DNA of 24,944 bases from Pseudomonadota bacterium. GTDB taxonomy: Bacteria > UBA10199 > 2-02-FULL-44-16 > JAAZCA01. Positions 16,426 to 24,228 of this stretch are shown here, in pieces. Every line of letters begins with the position of its first letter. Position 1 is the stretch's first letter. The stretch spans positions 1 through 24,944 of the forward strand of contig JBDRBN010000085.1 of the NCBI GenBank assembly GCA_043822785.1, read 5' to 3'. The notes under the pieces are model-generated. The model saw only the letters and a program-made list of their open reading frames with translations. It was not told the DNA's origin and made no database searches. The position numbers and the translations under genes are program-made.

Positions 16426-17170
16426 AAGTTTTTATAAACCACCTTGTCTCGCTGATGATATCGTCAGCAAGTGAGAGCGAAGTGATCATCGCAACTGCAT
16501 CTGCTCCTGCATCTATCACGCCCTGTAGGTTGTTGCGGCCGATGCCTCCTATGGCTACAACCGGAACGCTCACAGCTTGAGTTACTTGTCTAAGTCTTGC
16601 CAATCCCTGAACTGGATGTCCTTCGCCCTTTGTCCTTGTTGGAAATATGGCGCCAAAGGCAATGTAATTTACTCTTTTTTTCTCAGCATCACACGCCTCT
16701 TTCAAAGAATGAGAGGAATATCCGATAAACAATTTTTTTCCAGCGCGCTCCCCAATGTTTTCTATCGGTTCATCGTTTGCGCCCACATGCACGCCATCAG
16801 CGCCCACCTCAAGTGCAACATCAACATAGTCGTTTACGATGAAGGTGAAATCATAGCGCTGCTTAAACTTTATTATCTCTGAAGCTTGCTTTCTGACATC
16901 AGCCTCTGACCCATACTTCATGCGCAGCTGAATAATCCTGCATCCACCCTCAAGATATTTTTGCACAAGTTCTGTCAGGGAACTAAAAGGATTGAACTGG
17001 CTATCGGCTATCGCATACAAACCAGACACACGTTTGCGTTGTCCCGATGTCCGCACGATTTTTCCAAAGGAAAAATCGTTTGCGGCATCGAGGATCCTCG
17101 ATTCGGCCTGTATTTTTCTTCGAAAAATGACGCCGAATCGGGACTGGCCTTGCTTGCTACTTTTATCCAA
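16382..17170 (-). CDS. thiE: Thiamine-phosphate synthase with an in-frame palindromic insertion near the N-terminus
   Basis: LYAI, QLRMK, VND, GVHVG, F.T.TK and AIGGI motifs; TTG start has AAGGAG 7 nt upstream and overlaps the upstream stop. Alternative start is GTG 17029. Confidence 0.9.
   Translation of the reverse strand: MDKSSKQGQSRFGVIFRRKIQAESRILDAANDFSFGKIVRTSGQRKRVSGLYAIADSQFNPFSSLTELVQKYLEGGCRIIQLRMKYGSEADVRKQASEIIKFKQRYDFTFIVNDYVDVALEVGADGVHVGANDEPIENIGERAGKKLFIGYSSHSLKEACDAEKKRVNYIAFGAIFPTRTKGEGHPVQGLARLRQVTQAVSVPVVAIGGIGRNNLQGVIDAGADAVAMITSLSLADDIISETRWFIKTYASNASKASNARNV
17042..17143. repeat. 102-bp double-hairpin palindromic element in frame within thiE
   Basis: TCC-[46-nt hairpin]-AGGATCCT-[42-nt hairpin]-GGA; corresponds to ThiE codons 10-43. 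Confidence 0.8.
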
Positions 17171-17666
17171 TGCCCAACTCCTTCATCTTCTTCCTAAGAG
17201 TATTGCGATTGATCCCTAACACCCTCGCAGCTTTAAGTTGATTGCCTTGCGACCAATCCAGACACTTATTGATGAGAGGGCGTTCCACCTGTTCGATAAC
17301 TGTTTTGTGAACCTTGCTCACTTCTACCGGACCCAGTTGCTCAAAAAAATGAGACATCTTTTGCCCTATGGCATCCTCAAGAGACATCTCGTTAAATTTT
17401 GCTCCCACATGCGCTTCATGGTCTTGTATAGTTTTGGGAGGAAAATGATGGGCTTCAACCACTGGCCCCTTAGAGCAAAGGGCAGCATGATAGATGAGCC
17501 TTCGCATCTCTTTTGAATCTTGCGACCACCTCCTGCGCGCTATCCATTCTCGGCTGCTCTTGCCCAAGGACTTGTCTTCCAGATTTAGGTGTTCGCAGCA
17601 CTCGCGAAGCAACTCATCAGCACGCTTTAGAATATCGCGTTTTTGAAGCCATGTAATAACTGACAT
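17163..17666 (-). CDS. Fis-type HTH protein retaining only the NtrC/sigma54-activator AAA+ lid subdomain
   Basis: C-terminal VERPLI..CL..SQGNQLKAARVLGINRNTLRKKM; the N-terminal part parallels the NtrC lid; start placed at ATG 17666 (167 aa). Confidence 0.8.
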   Translation of the reverse strand: MSVITWLQKRDILKRADELLRECCEHLNLEDKSLGKSSREWIARRRWSQDSKEMRRLIYHAALCSKGPVVEAHHFPPKTIQDHEAHVGAKFNEMSLEDAIGQKMSHFFEQLGPVEVSKVHKTVIEQVERPLINKCLDWSQGNQLKAARVLGINRNTLRKKMKELGIG

Positions 17667-17742
17667 AGGGGCGTTAATGCATAGTCGGCTGCATCGGGCA
17701 TTGCAACCCCTTAAGCGATGTGTATATTCCATGCTTAAAGCT

Positions 17743-19230
17743 ATGACCTGGAAGCTTAAGACATCAATAAAATCAATCCTTTCCCAAGAGACGGGCTGGA
17801 TCAAAAAGGACTGGGGCGGTAAGAGCTCTGTGGCCTTGGTCTATCCCAATGCCTATGAGCTTGGCATGGGAAATTTGGCTGTGCATACGATCTATGAGCT
17901 CCTAAACAGGCGGGAACGCATAGTTTGTGAGCGCGTCTTTTTGCCCAAAGATAAATCTCCTATCCTCTCGATGGAGTCGCAAAGGCCGCTTTGTGATTTT
18001 GATGTGATTGCCTTTACCATATCCTTTGAGAACGATTATCTGGGCATCTTGCCAATACTTCATGCTTCACAGATCCATCACATTGCAGAGAAGAGGGATG
18101 ATTTTGCACCCCTCATTATTGCAGGCGGCGCAACTCCAACGCTAAATCCCAAGCCCCTCATGCGCATAGTCGATGCTGTGGTATTAGGGGAGATAGAGGC
18201 TTATGAGAACGATCTGATCGAGCTAATAGAGAATTGGCAGGGCAAGATCGCGGCTCTGGAATGTCTTTCAAATATCGATGGGATATTAACTTTTGAGAAC
18301 ATAGACAGGGCAGAGCAGGTAACAAGAAGGCATGTGAAGGATTTAAACGAATACCATACACAAACCGTAATCCACTCAAAAGAAGCGCACTTTGGCAACA
18401 TGCATCTGATAGAGGTTGAGCGAGGTTGCCCTAGAAGCTGCCGCTTTTGTGCAACCCCTGTCATCTACGGAAAGCCGCGCACGCGAAGCGCGCGCGCTGT
18501 TTTGGAAATGGTAGACTGTGGCCTTGTGCATAGAAAGCGAATGGGGCTCATCGGCGCAGATATAATGTCGCATCCTGAGTTTATAAAAATAGGACAAGCC
18601 ATACACTCCAAGGGTGCAACTTTTTCGCTTTCATCAGTTCGGGTGGATGCTGTTGACGATGATAAAGCTGCGCTTTTGTTTGAATCAGGCCACAGGTCCA
18701 TAGCGTTGGGTATAGAAGCAGGGACCATTAGGCTTCGCCGCAAGATCGGCAAAGGTATTTCAGATGAGGGTGTATTAAAAGCAGCAGCTGCTTTGGCAAA
18801 AGCTGGCATAACAAGACTTCGCCTCTACTATATGATAGGTCTGCCTGAAGAGACAGACGACGATATTAGAGCTATAGCTGAGCTTAGCGTCAAAGTGTTT
18901 GATACGGTCCGCGAGCACGCGCCGCGCGCGCAAAGGAGTACTGCTTGTGACCTCACGATAGCGCCGTTTGTACCCAAGCCCGGCACACCATTTGCTGGCG
19001 AAGGTTTTAACAGCCAGTCTGAGCTTAAGAAAAAGATCAAAGTTCTGAGAAGGCTTCTTGGAAAGAAAAAGGGCATGTCCATAAGGGTGGATTCTTTGGT
19101 GGAAGCAGCGTTGGAGCATTTTCTTGCAAACGCAGATGAGCAGGCTGTGCAGTTCTTAGAGAATGCACATAAAATTGGCAGTGCGCGCAAGGCCCTTGCA
19201 AACATTGACGCATACAAATTGCGGTGTTAG
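17743..19230 (+). CDS. Radical SAM protein with N-terminal B12-binding-like domain (YgiQ/TIGR03960-like)
   Basis: LVYPNAYELGMGNL, EVERGCPRSCRFC (CxxxCxxC), YYMIGLP.ET and PFVPKPGTPF motifs; start probably ATG 17743. Confidence 0.85.
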   Translation: MTWKLKTSIKSILSQETGWIKKDWGGKSSVALVYPNAYELGMGNLAVHTIYELLNRRERIVCERVFLPKDKSPILSMESQRPLCDFDVIAFTISFENDYLGILPILHASQIHHIAEKRDDFAPLIIAGGATPTLNPKPLMRIVDAVVLGEIEAYENDLIELIENWQGKIAALECLSNIDGILTFENIDRAEQVTRRHVKDLNEYHTQTVIHSKEAHFGNMHLIEVERGCPRSCRFCATPVIYGKPRTRSARAVLEMVDCGLVHRKRMGLIGADIMSHPEFIKIGQAIHSKGATFSLSSVRVDAVDDDKAALLFESGHRSIALGIEAGTIRLRRKIGKGISDEGVLKAAAALAKAGITRLRLYYMIGLPEETDDDIRAIAELSVKVFDTVREHAPRAQRSTACDLTIAPFVPKPGTPFAGEGFNSQSELKKKIKVLRRLLGKKKGMSIRVDSLVEAALEHFLANADEQAVQFLENAHKIGSARKALANIDAYKLRC

Positions 19231-19242
19231 AGCCAGCCGAAT

Positions 19243-21123
19243 ATGGTCAGACGTCTTTTCATATACAGCATAGTATCCATAGCGATTTTTGCTTATGCTC
19301 TTTCTGCGCACGCACAAAAGCAAAAGATCAAAGACGTTTATGTGATCCACTTCATAATCGATGGCACAAATAAAGAAGCTTTTAACAGTGCACTCACACA
19401 AGGGAAGCTGCCCATTGTTCAAAAACTCTTTGTGGAAAATGGCGCTACATTTTCGCATAGCCTTTCTGCATTTCCAACAACATCCACGAGCGTTTACCAA
19501 AGCTATACTTCAGGCTTGTGGCCAGGACACGCAGGCATACCCCATCTTGAGAGATTTGACCGTCAGCATGAGAAAGTGATTGGTTATCTGACGGTTGGTG
19601 GATATAAGCAGATAAACGATGATCTCATAAACCTGCGTGCACTCACAAATCCCGATGTTGTGGAGATTGCGCCTCCCACCACGATATTTGAGCTGCTTCA
19701 GGGGTATCCCACTGCAGCGGTCTATTCACCCTTTTCCAGAGGAGCTGCTGAAAGGTATCCTGAGACAGCTCCGATAAACGCACTGTGGTCCACATATGTT
19801 GCAGAGCACATAGAAAACGTTGATGTGCTCGCAATGAAAAAGGTGATGGATCTGTTCGATAGATCAGCTGATCAAATTCCTCGTTACACGCTCGTTGGGC
19901 TGTATTCGTCAGACATCATGGGTCACAAGTATGGTCCGCACAGCAAAGAGGTTGCCTTTGTGCTTGAGCAGTTTGATGTGTTTTTGAATGACTTCTTAAA
20001 ACTTTTGGCAAAGCGAAATATCGCCGATAAGACATACATCATCATCTCGGCCGATCACGGCATGCACGAGACAGGAAAGCTCTTTCGCTTAAGGGATGCG
20101 CTTAAGAAACGCGGCATTTTGCTCAAGTCCTCGCCCCCGCCCAACAAGGGCTATGCGCTTTATGCGGCAAGCCGCGGGGTGGTTTCATCGCACGCTTATG
20201 TAAGGCATGATGGAGGATTTGAGCCCATCGACGATCCAGATGTTTTAAGAAAGGTGCCCACGACTGATGGCAACACAGTGGATCTCATCGAGTTCATAAG
20301 TAAGCTCGATGCCACCGACCTAATCATCGTGCGTGCAGGCGAGCGCAGGGCGCGCATCTTTGACCGCGATGGCAAGTGGGCGGATATCGCATGCTATACA
20401 ATAGCGCTTACAGATTATTGCAGTCACATCAGGGGTGATGGATCGGGCGATCCACTCGGCTATGCATCCAATCCAAAAATAAAGCCCTTGTTGAATGGGC
20501 TGCCTCACTCCACTTTTGCATGGAGGCAGGCGACTGCAGACGAAGAATATCCAGATGCGGTGATTAATCTTTCGCAGATCTTTCACGATGGAAGGGCAGG
20601 CGACATCTTTATCACCACACGCGGCAGATATGGTTTTAGAAAGGTGAAGAAGGGAAATCACGGCGGACCAAAGGACGTGGATATGCGCACGCCGCTTTTG
20701 ATTGCCGGCCCGACTGTACCGCACGGCACGTTCGGCATAGCAAGGCCGCCCGATATCTTTGCGCTCCTCATCGAGTGGTTTGGCATAAATGAACCAAAGG
20801 CAAATCATGATGGCATGAATCCGTTTGAGCCCTATGATGGGGATGATGCACAACTTAATAAACTCGCTGCACTTGAGCAATCGGGGGCAGCTGTTTGTTG
20901 CAAGAACGACCGAGCGCTTCTGAAATTGGCTCGTGAGGAGCTGGCTCGTAGGAATAATCTTGTACAAAAGCTATCAGTGCTTCTAGATAAATTGGATGTA
21001 GAAAAGAAAACGGGCAAGGCAGATGCGCGTTATATTGATGATCATATCGCACTTGTTAAGCGCACGCTCAAATGGGCAATCGAAGGTAAGGAGAGGATGG
21101 AAAGGGTGAAAGCCGCGTTATGA
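19243..21123 (+). CDS. Exported alkaline-phosphatase-superfamily (NPP/phosphodiesterase-like) enzyme
   Basis: Signal peptide ending AHA; IIDG, FPTTST (Thr nucleophile), DIMGH, SADHGM and GNHGG metal motifs; helical C-terminal extension. Confidence 0.85.
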   Translation: MVRRLFIYSIVSIAIFAYALSAHAQKQKIKDVYVIHFIIDGTNKEAFNSALTQGKLPIVQKLFVENGATFSHSLSAFPTTSTSVYQSYTSGLWPGHAGIPHLERFDRQHEKVIGYLTVGGYKQINDDLINLRALTNPDVVEIAPPTTIFELLQGYPTAAVYSPFSRGAAERYPETAPINALWSTYVAEHIENVDVLAMKKVMDLFDRSADQIPRYTLVGLYSSDIMGHKYGPHSKEVAFVLEQFDVFLNDFLKLLAKRNIADKTYIIISADHGMHETGKLFRLRDALKKRGILLKSSPPPNKGYALYAASRGVVSSHAYVRHDGGFEPIDDPDVLRKVPTTDGNTVDLIEFISKLDATDLIIVRAGERRARIFDRDGKWADIACYTIALTDYCSHIRGDGSGDPLGYASNPKIKPLLNGLPHSTFAWRQATADEEYPDAVINLSQIFHDGRAGDIFITTRGRYGFRKVKKGNHGGPKDVDMRTPLLIAGPTVPHGTFGIARPPDIFALLIEWFGINEPKANHDGMNPFEPYDGDDAQLNKLAALEQSGAAVCCKNDRALLKLAREELARRNNLVQKLSVLLDKLDVEKKTGKADARYIDDHIALVKRTLKWAIEGKERMERVKAAL

Positions 21124-21641
21124 TCAAGCTCTTATTCAACAGGTTCAGCCTTGCCGTGAAGATCACAGAAGTGTGTGGCGTCCTTCTCATGATCTTTGCA
21201 ATGGTTCGCTGCTATTCTATCAGTGCAAGTGCAGCATGCTATGTATTTATCGGTTTAATTTTTGTTCTTTATGCGTTTATCCGATTTTGCACAACCAGAA
21301 GGTGGTACAAAGGCTCGCATCCATATTCTGGCATTGAGGTACAGTTTAAAAAGGCGCTAGTTCCAACTGGCTACACCATGTCAATCTGTGCTTTGTGGTA
21401 TCTGCTCTCTCCCTCAATCATCCCTTTAATAATCGCAGCAGCATTCTTAATTGTCATCGCCCACGTGAACATCATTCTTCTCTATTTCCATTTGCGAGAT
21501 AAAGACAAGACAATGGTAAACTACTACTCAAGCGGCCGGTTTATGAAAAGCAATGCGGCAAGCAACCCTTCGACTTCGCTCCCACCACTAAAGCGTCGGC
21601 GGGCAGGCAGGGCAAGCGCAAGCAACATGGGAAAAGCATAA
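21120..21641 (+). CDS. Hypothetical membrane protein, about 4 TM segments
   Basis: ATGA overlap with the upstream gene; four hydrophobic stretches; the C-terminal tail is repeat-derived. Confidence 0.75.
   Translation: MIKLLFNRFSLAVKITEVCGVLLMIFAMVRCYSISASAACYVFIGLIFVLYAFIRFCTTRRWYKGSHPYSGIEVQFKKALVPTGYTMSICALWYLLSPSIIPLIIAAAFLIVIAHVNIILLYFHLRDKDKTMVNYYSSGRFMKSNAASNPSTSLPPLKRRRAGRASASNMGKA
21567..21617. repeat. Nested in-frame palindromic elements (24 bp plus 27 bp)
   Basis: CCTTCGACTTCGCTC[CCACCACTAAAGCGTCGGCGGGCAGGC]AGGGCAAGC between two GCAAGCAAC units. Confidence 0.75.
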
Positions 21642-21757
21642 AAGGATGACGCAAAATTGGGTGCGCCAAAACATATCTGAATCACAACGCCCTGTAATTA
21701 ATAGCAATTCTCATTTTACCGCTAGACATCTATGACGCAGGCTGGTAAGCAGCGATC

Positions 21758-21883
21758 ATGCCTACATTAAATGAATTCATAGCAAACTTTGGAATCAAAG
21801 AGATATTGCTCACGCTCTTCATTATCGCTGTCATTGTGGTGGCCAGAGAGCACGAGTGCATCTTTCGGAGGAATAAACGATGA
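21758..21883 (+). CDS. Small single-TM protein, 41 aa (not in the ORF track)
   Basis: MPTLNEFIANFGIKEILLTLFIIAVIVVAREHECIFRRNKR; its TGA overlaps the ATG at 21880 (ATGA). Confidence 0.65.
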   Translation: MPTLNEFIANFGIKEILLTLFIIAVIVVAREHECIFRRNKR

Positions 21884-22269
21884 AGCAAAAAACGCCAGAC
21901 ATGGAAGAAACCAAAGAACATATATTGACTGCTGGCAAAGAGCTTCTGCTCGCAGCAGATGGTGCGCTTCGTTTTTGCAAATCATATGCAGAAACCATGT
22001 CAGCGCCTTCCTCAAGATCCCTTCTTGTGGGTTTTTTTTCCAAGGCCATTTCAGTGGCAGATGAGCTGGGCAAGGATCTGGTGAGGGCAACGGGCGTAAC
22101 CAAGGCTGCTAGGAGTGCCGTGTCTCCCATCTTCGATGCGCTGAGCAGGGAGATGGAAGAGACCGAGCGCATAAAGCGCAGCCAGCGCACAGCAAGGGCA
22201 CCAGCGAAGCCGCGTAAGCGCGTAGCCAAAAAGAAGACTAGTGGCCGTGCGCGAGCAAAAAGGAGGTAA
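21880..22269 (+). CDS. Hypothetical helical protein with a Lys/Arg-rich tail, possibly phasin-like
   Basis: GGAGG SD; amphipathic helices; tail ARAPAKPRKRVAKKKTSGRARAKRR; directly upstream of the phaR-like gene. Confidence 0.75.
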   Translation: MKQKTPDMEETKEHILTAGKELLLAADGALRFCKSYAETMSAPSSRSLLVGFFSKAISVADELGKDLVRATGVTKAARSAVSPIFDALSREMEETERIKRSQRTARAPAKPRKRVAKKKTSGRARAKRR

Positions 22270-22271
22270 AA

Positions 22272-22721
22272 ATGGCACAAACACATCCAAAGATCATTAA
22301 GCGTTATCAAAATCGCAAGCTCTACGACACCACAGATTCTTGCTATGTGACACTCGAGGATATAAGCGACATGATCAAGCAGGGCGAAGATGTCGAGATC
22401 ATAGACAACACGACCAAAGAAGATCTCACTGCGGTGACGCTTGCGCAGATTATCTTTGAGGAGCAGAAAAGAAAGACACACGTTCTACCCCTCAAGACAT
22501 TTCGCGAAATTATTCAGGGAGGCGGAGAAGCTTTAAAAGAGATTGTCACAAGGGGTGCACGCGAGTTCAGTCATGTAAGAGAATTTGTGGACGATAAGGT
22601 GATGCCTGCAGTCAACAACATTGCCGGCGTGCCTGCAATAAAAGCCGAGATTGAGCAGCTGGTCAAGCGCATGGGTCATATGGAAAAGAGGCTCGCTTCG
22701 CTTGAGCGTAAGGTACGATAG
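22272..22721 (+). CDS. phaR: PHA synthesis regulator PhaR-type DNA-binding domain protein
   Basis: IIKRYQNRKLYDT..S.YVTL..I....GED....D..T.EDLT...L.QII.E N-terminal domain; AGGAGG SD. Confidence 0.8.
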   Translation: MAQTHPKIIKRYQNRKLYDTTDSCYVTLEDISDMIKQGEDVEIIDNTTKEDLTAVTLAQIIFEEQKRKTHVLPLKTFREIIQGGGEALKEIVTRGAREFSHVREFVDDKVMPAVNNIAGVPAIKAEIEQLVKRMGHMEKRLASLERKVR

Positions 22722-23473
22722 TGAGTTTGCCTTTCATGAAGCCTGCAACGATCATTTTGACAACGCTTCTGCTCGTTGCATTTGCAACGCCTGGGCATGC
22801 ATATAGATTACCTGCCTATAGGATGTCTGCAGAAGAGCAATCTGCACCTGCTGAGGTTTCCCTAAAAAAATACAGATCGAAGATCGAAGAGATTCGCAAA
22901 CTTGCTCCGATAGGGGTCGTTGAAAACCGTCGTCGAAATTACAAAGCAAAACTTTCTCGCAAAGCCAGGAAAATGGTCCGCAACTTTACTCAACTTAAGT
23001 ATGCGGCTTCATTCTGGGAGTATGCTTTTGACCTAAAGGCAAAGCTGAAAAGCCTGCATGGCGATCCAGACGATGCTGATATAGGCGCTGAAGCCGATGC
23101 TTTGGCCAAGGCTATAGTTCAGAAGCTATACGATATATCACAAGAATACCGTGTTTCCGTTTCTGCTATCATCAATAACGTTCTGATAAACTCAGGCGCT
23201 AAGAAAAAGGGATTTTGCTATCACTATGTGGAAGACCTCATGAGGGTTTTGCGTGGGCACAGGTGGCGATTCTTTGACATGCATTGGGGTGAAGCATGGC
23301 CTGAAACCTTTCGAGAGAACAACGCGCTCATCATCACTGCAAAGGATGCACCATTTGAGACAGGGCTCGCCGTTGACGCATGGCGGTCAGCTGGCAAGCC
23401 TTTCTGGTCCAAAGTACAAGGCGACCGCTTTCCCTGGACCGAAGCCTTTGATGTTGAAATAGAAGACCAGTAA
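22721..23473 (+). CDS. Exported hypothetical protein with a possible transglutaminase/papain-like Cys domain
   Basis: Signal-peptide-like N-terminus (alternative ATG 22736); GFCYHY...ENNALII...VDAWR. Confidence 0.65.
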   Translation: MSLPFMKPATIILTTLLLVAFATPGHAYRLPAYRMSAEEQSAPAEVSLKKYRSKIEEIRKLAPIGVVENRRRNYKAKLSRKARKMVRNFTQLKYAASFWEYAFDLKAKLKSLHGDPDDADIGAEADALAKAIVQKLYDISQEYRVSVSAIINNVLINSGAKKKGFCYHYVEDLMRVLRGHRWRFFDMHWGEAWPETFRENNALIITAKDAPFETGLAVDAWRSAGKPFWSKVQGDRFPWTEAFDVEIEDQ

Positions 23474-23531
23474 CCAGTTACCAGTGATCAGTTACCAGTC
23501 TCTGGTTACTGGTCACTGATTACTGGTCACT
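23466..23531. repeat. Inverted heptamer arrays between convergent genes
   Basis: ACCAGTA ACCAGTT ACCAGTG ATCAGTT ACCAGTC / TCTGGTT ACTGGTC ACTGATT ACTGGTC; includes both stop codons. Confidence 0.85.
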
Positions 23532-23831
23532 AATAAAATCCTCTAGTCTTTTTCGTGCGATATCTGAAAGGCCGACGAATCTAATTCCCATTCCTCCAGG
23601 GGCAGACAAACGAATTACCTCGCCCGTAACGCGAATTGGTCGCTTGTGAGTGGGCAGAACAAAGGAAAGGTACAGGAAGGTGCCGAGCTTCACCGGAATA
23701 TCTGATGCTAAAAAAATACCGCCCTCGCTTATATCTTCGGACCATACATAGAAGAGCCCATCGCCAAACTCGTCTTCAAACACGACCTTAGTTCGAAGGC
23801 TCTTTCTCGGGAAGAGTCGCCTTTCCTTCAT
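23520..23831 (-). CDS. Stand-alone PilZ-domain (c-di-GMP-binding) protein
   Basis: ERRLFPR (RxxxR), DISEGG (D/NxSxxG) and GMGIRF motifs. Confidence 0.88.
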   Translation of the reverse strand: MKERRLFPRKSLRTKVVFEDEFGDGLFYVWSEDISEGGIFLASDIPVKLGTFLYLSFVLPTHKRPIRVTGEVIRLSAPGGMGIRFVGLSDIARKRLEDFISDQ

Positions 23832-24220
23832 GAGTTTGTCTCCAAAAGAATATCCTTAACCATAATAGAAAACTCGTCAGGGTGGAATGGACGCAATATG
23901 ACATATGAATTGCTAAGGCTCGAAAGCACATCTCGCCAGGCGCTTTCTGAATCAGCTTCCCTGCATAGAAATATTTTCTTTACTGTCTTGATGCTACTGT
24001 TAGCCTTAAAGGCAGATAATATCTGCTCGAATTTTTTCCCAAACACATTTGAGTTGATGATCGCAAGATCGATCTTCTCTCTACGAAGAAAGATGGGAAG
24101 AACATCCTCGAAGCAGCACCTTGCCAAAACAGATGCTTCAAGAGGAGCAAAGAGGAGACCATAGAGGTTGCTGGCCAATACAGACCGATCAACAACGATT
24201 ATGCGCGGCTTTGGCTTCAT
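23828..24220 (-). CDS. Degenerate single-domain response-regulator receiver (pseudo-receiver)
   Basis: IIVVDRS, IDLAIINS (phospho-Asp replaced by Asn), IFLC, RPFHPDEF; ATGA overlap with the PilZ gene. Confidence 0.75.
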   Translation of the reverse strand: MKPKPRIIVVDRSVLASNLYGLLFAPLEASVLARCCFEDVLPIFLRREKIDLAIINSNVFGKKFEQILSAFKANSSIKTVKKIFLCREADSESAWRDVLSSLSNSYVILRPFHPDEFSIMVKDILLETNS

Positions 24221-24228
24221 GAAAGAGC

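Noticed and set aside
17075..17105. RILDA in the ThiE N-terminus resembling a cyanobacterial ThiD2 domain
   Set aside because: The peptide is encoded by the palindromic DNA element and is far too short for that domain.
16308..17200. TPP riboswitch near thiE/thiD
   Set aside because: No CUGAGA or AUACCUG-like TPP core seen; the structured sequence is explained by repeats.
17667..17804. Overlapping long N-termini of the Fis-like and radical SAM ORFs
   Set aside because: Starts at 17666 and 17743 remove the overlap and match where recognisable sequence begins.
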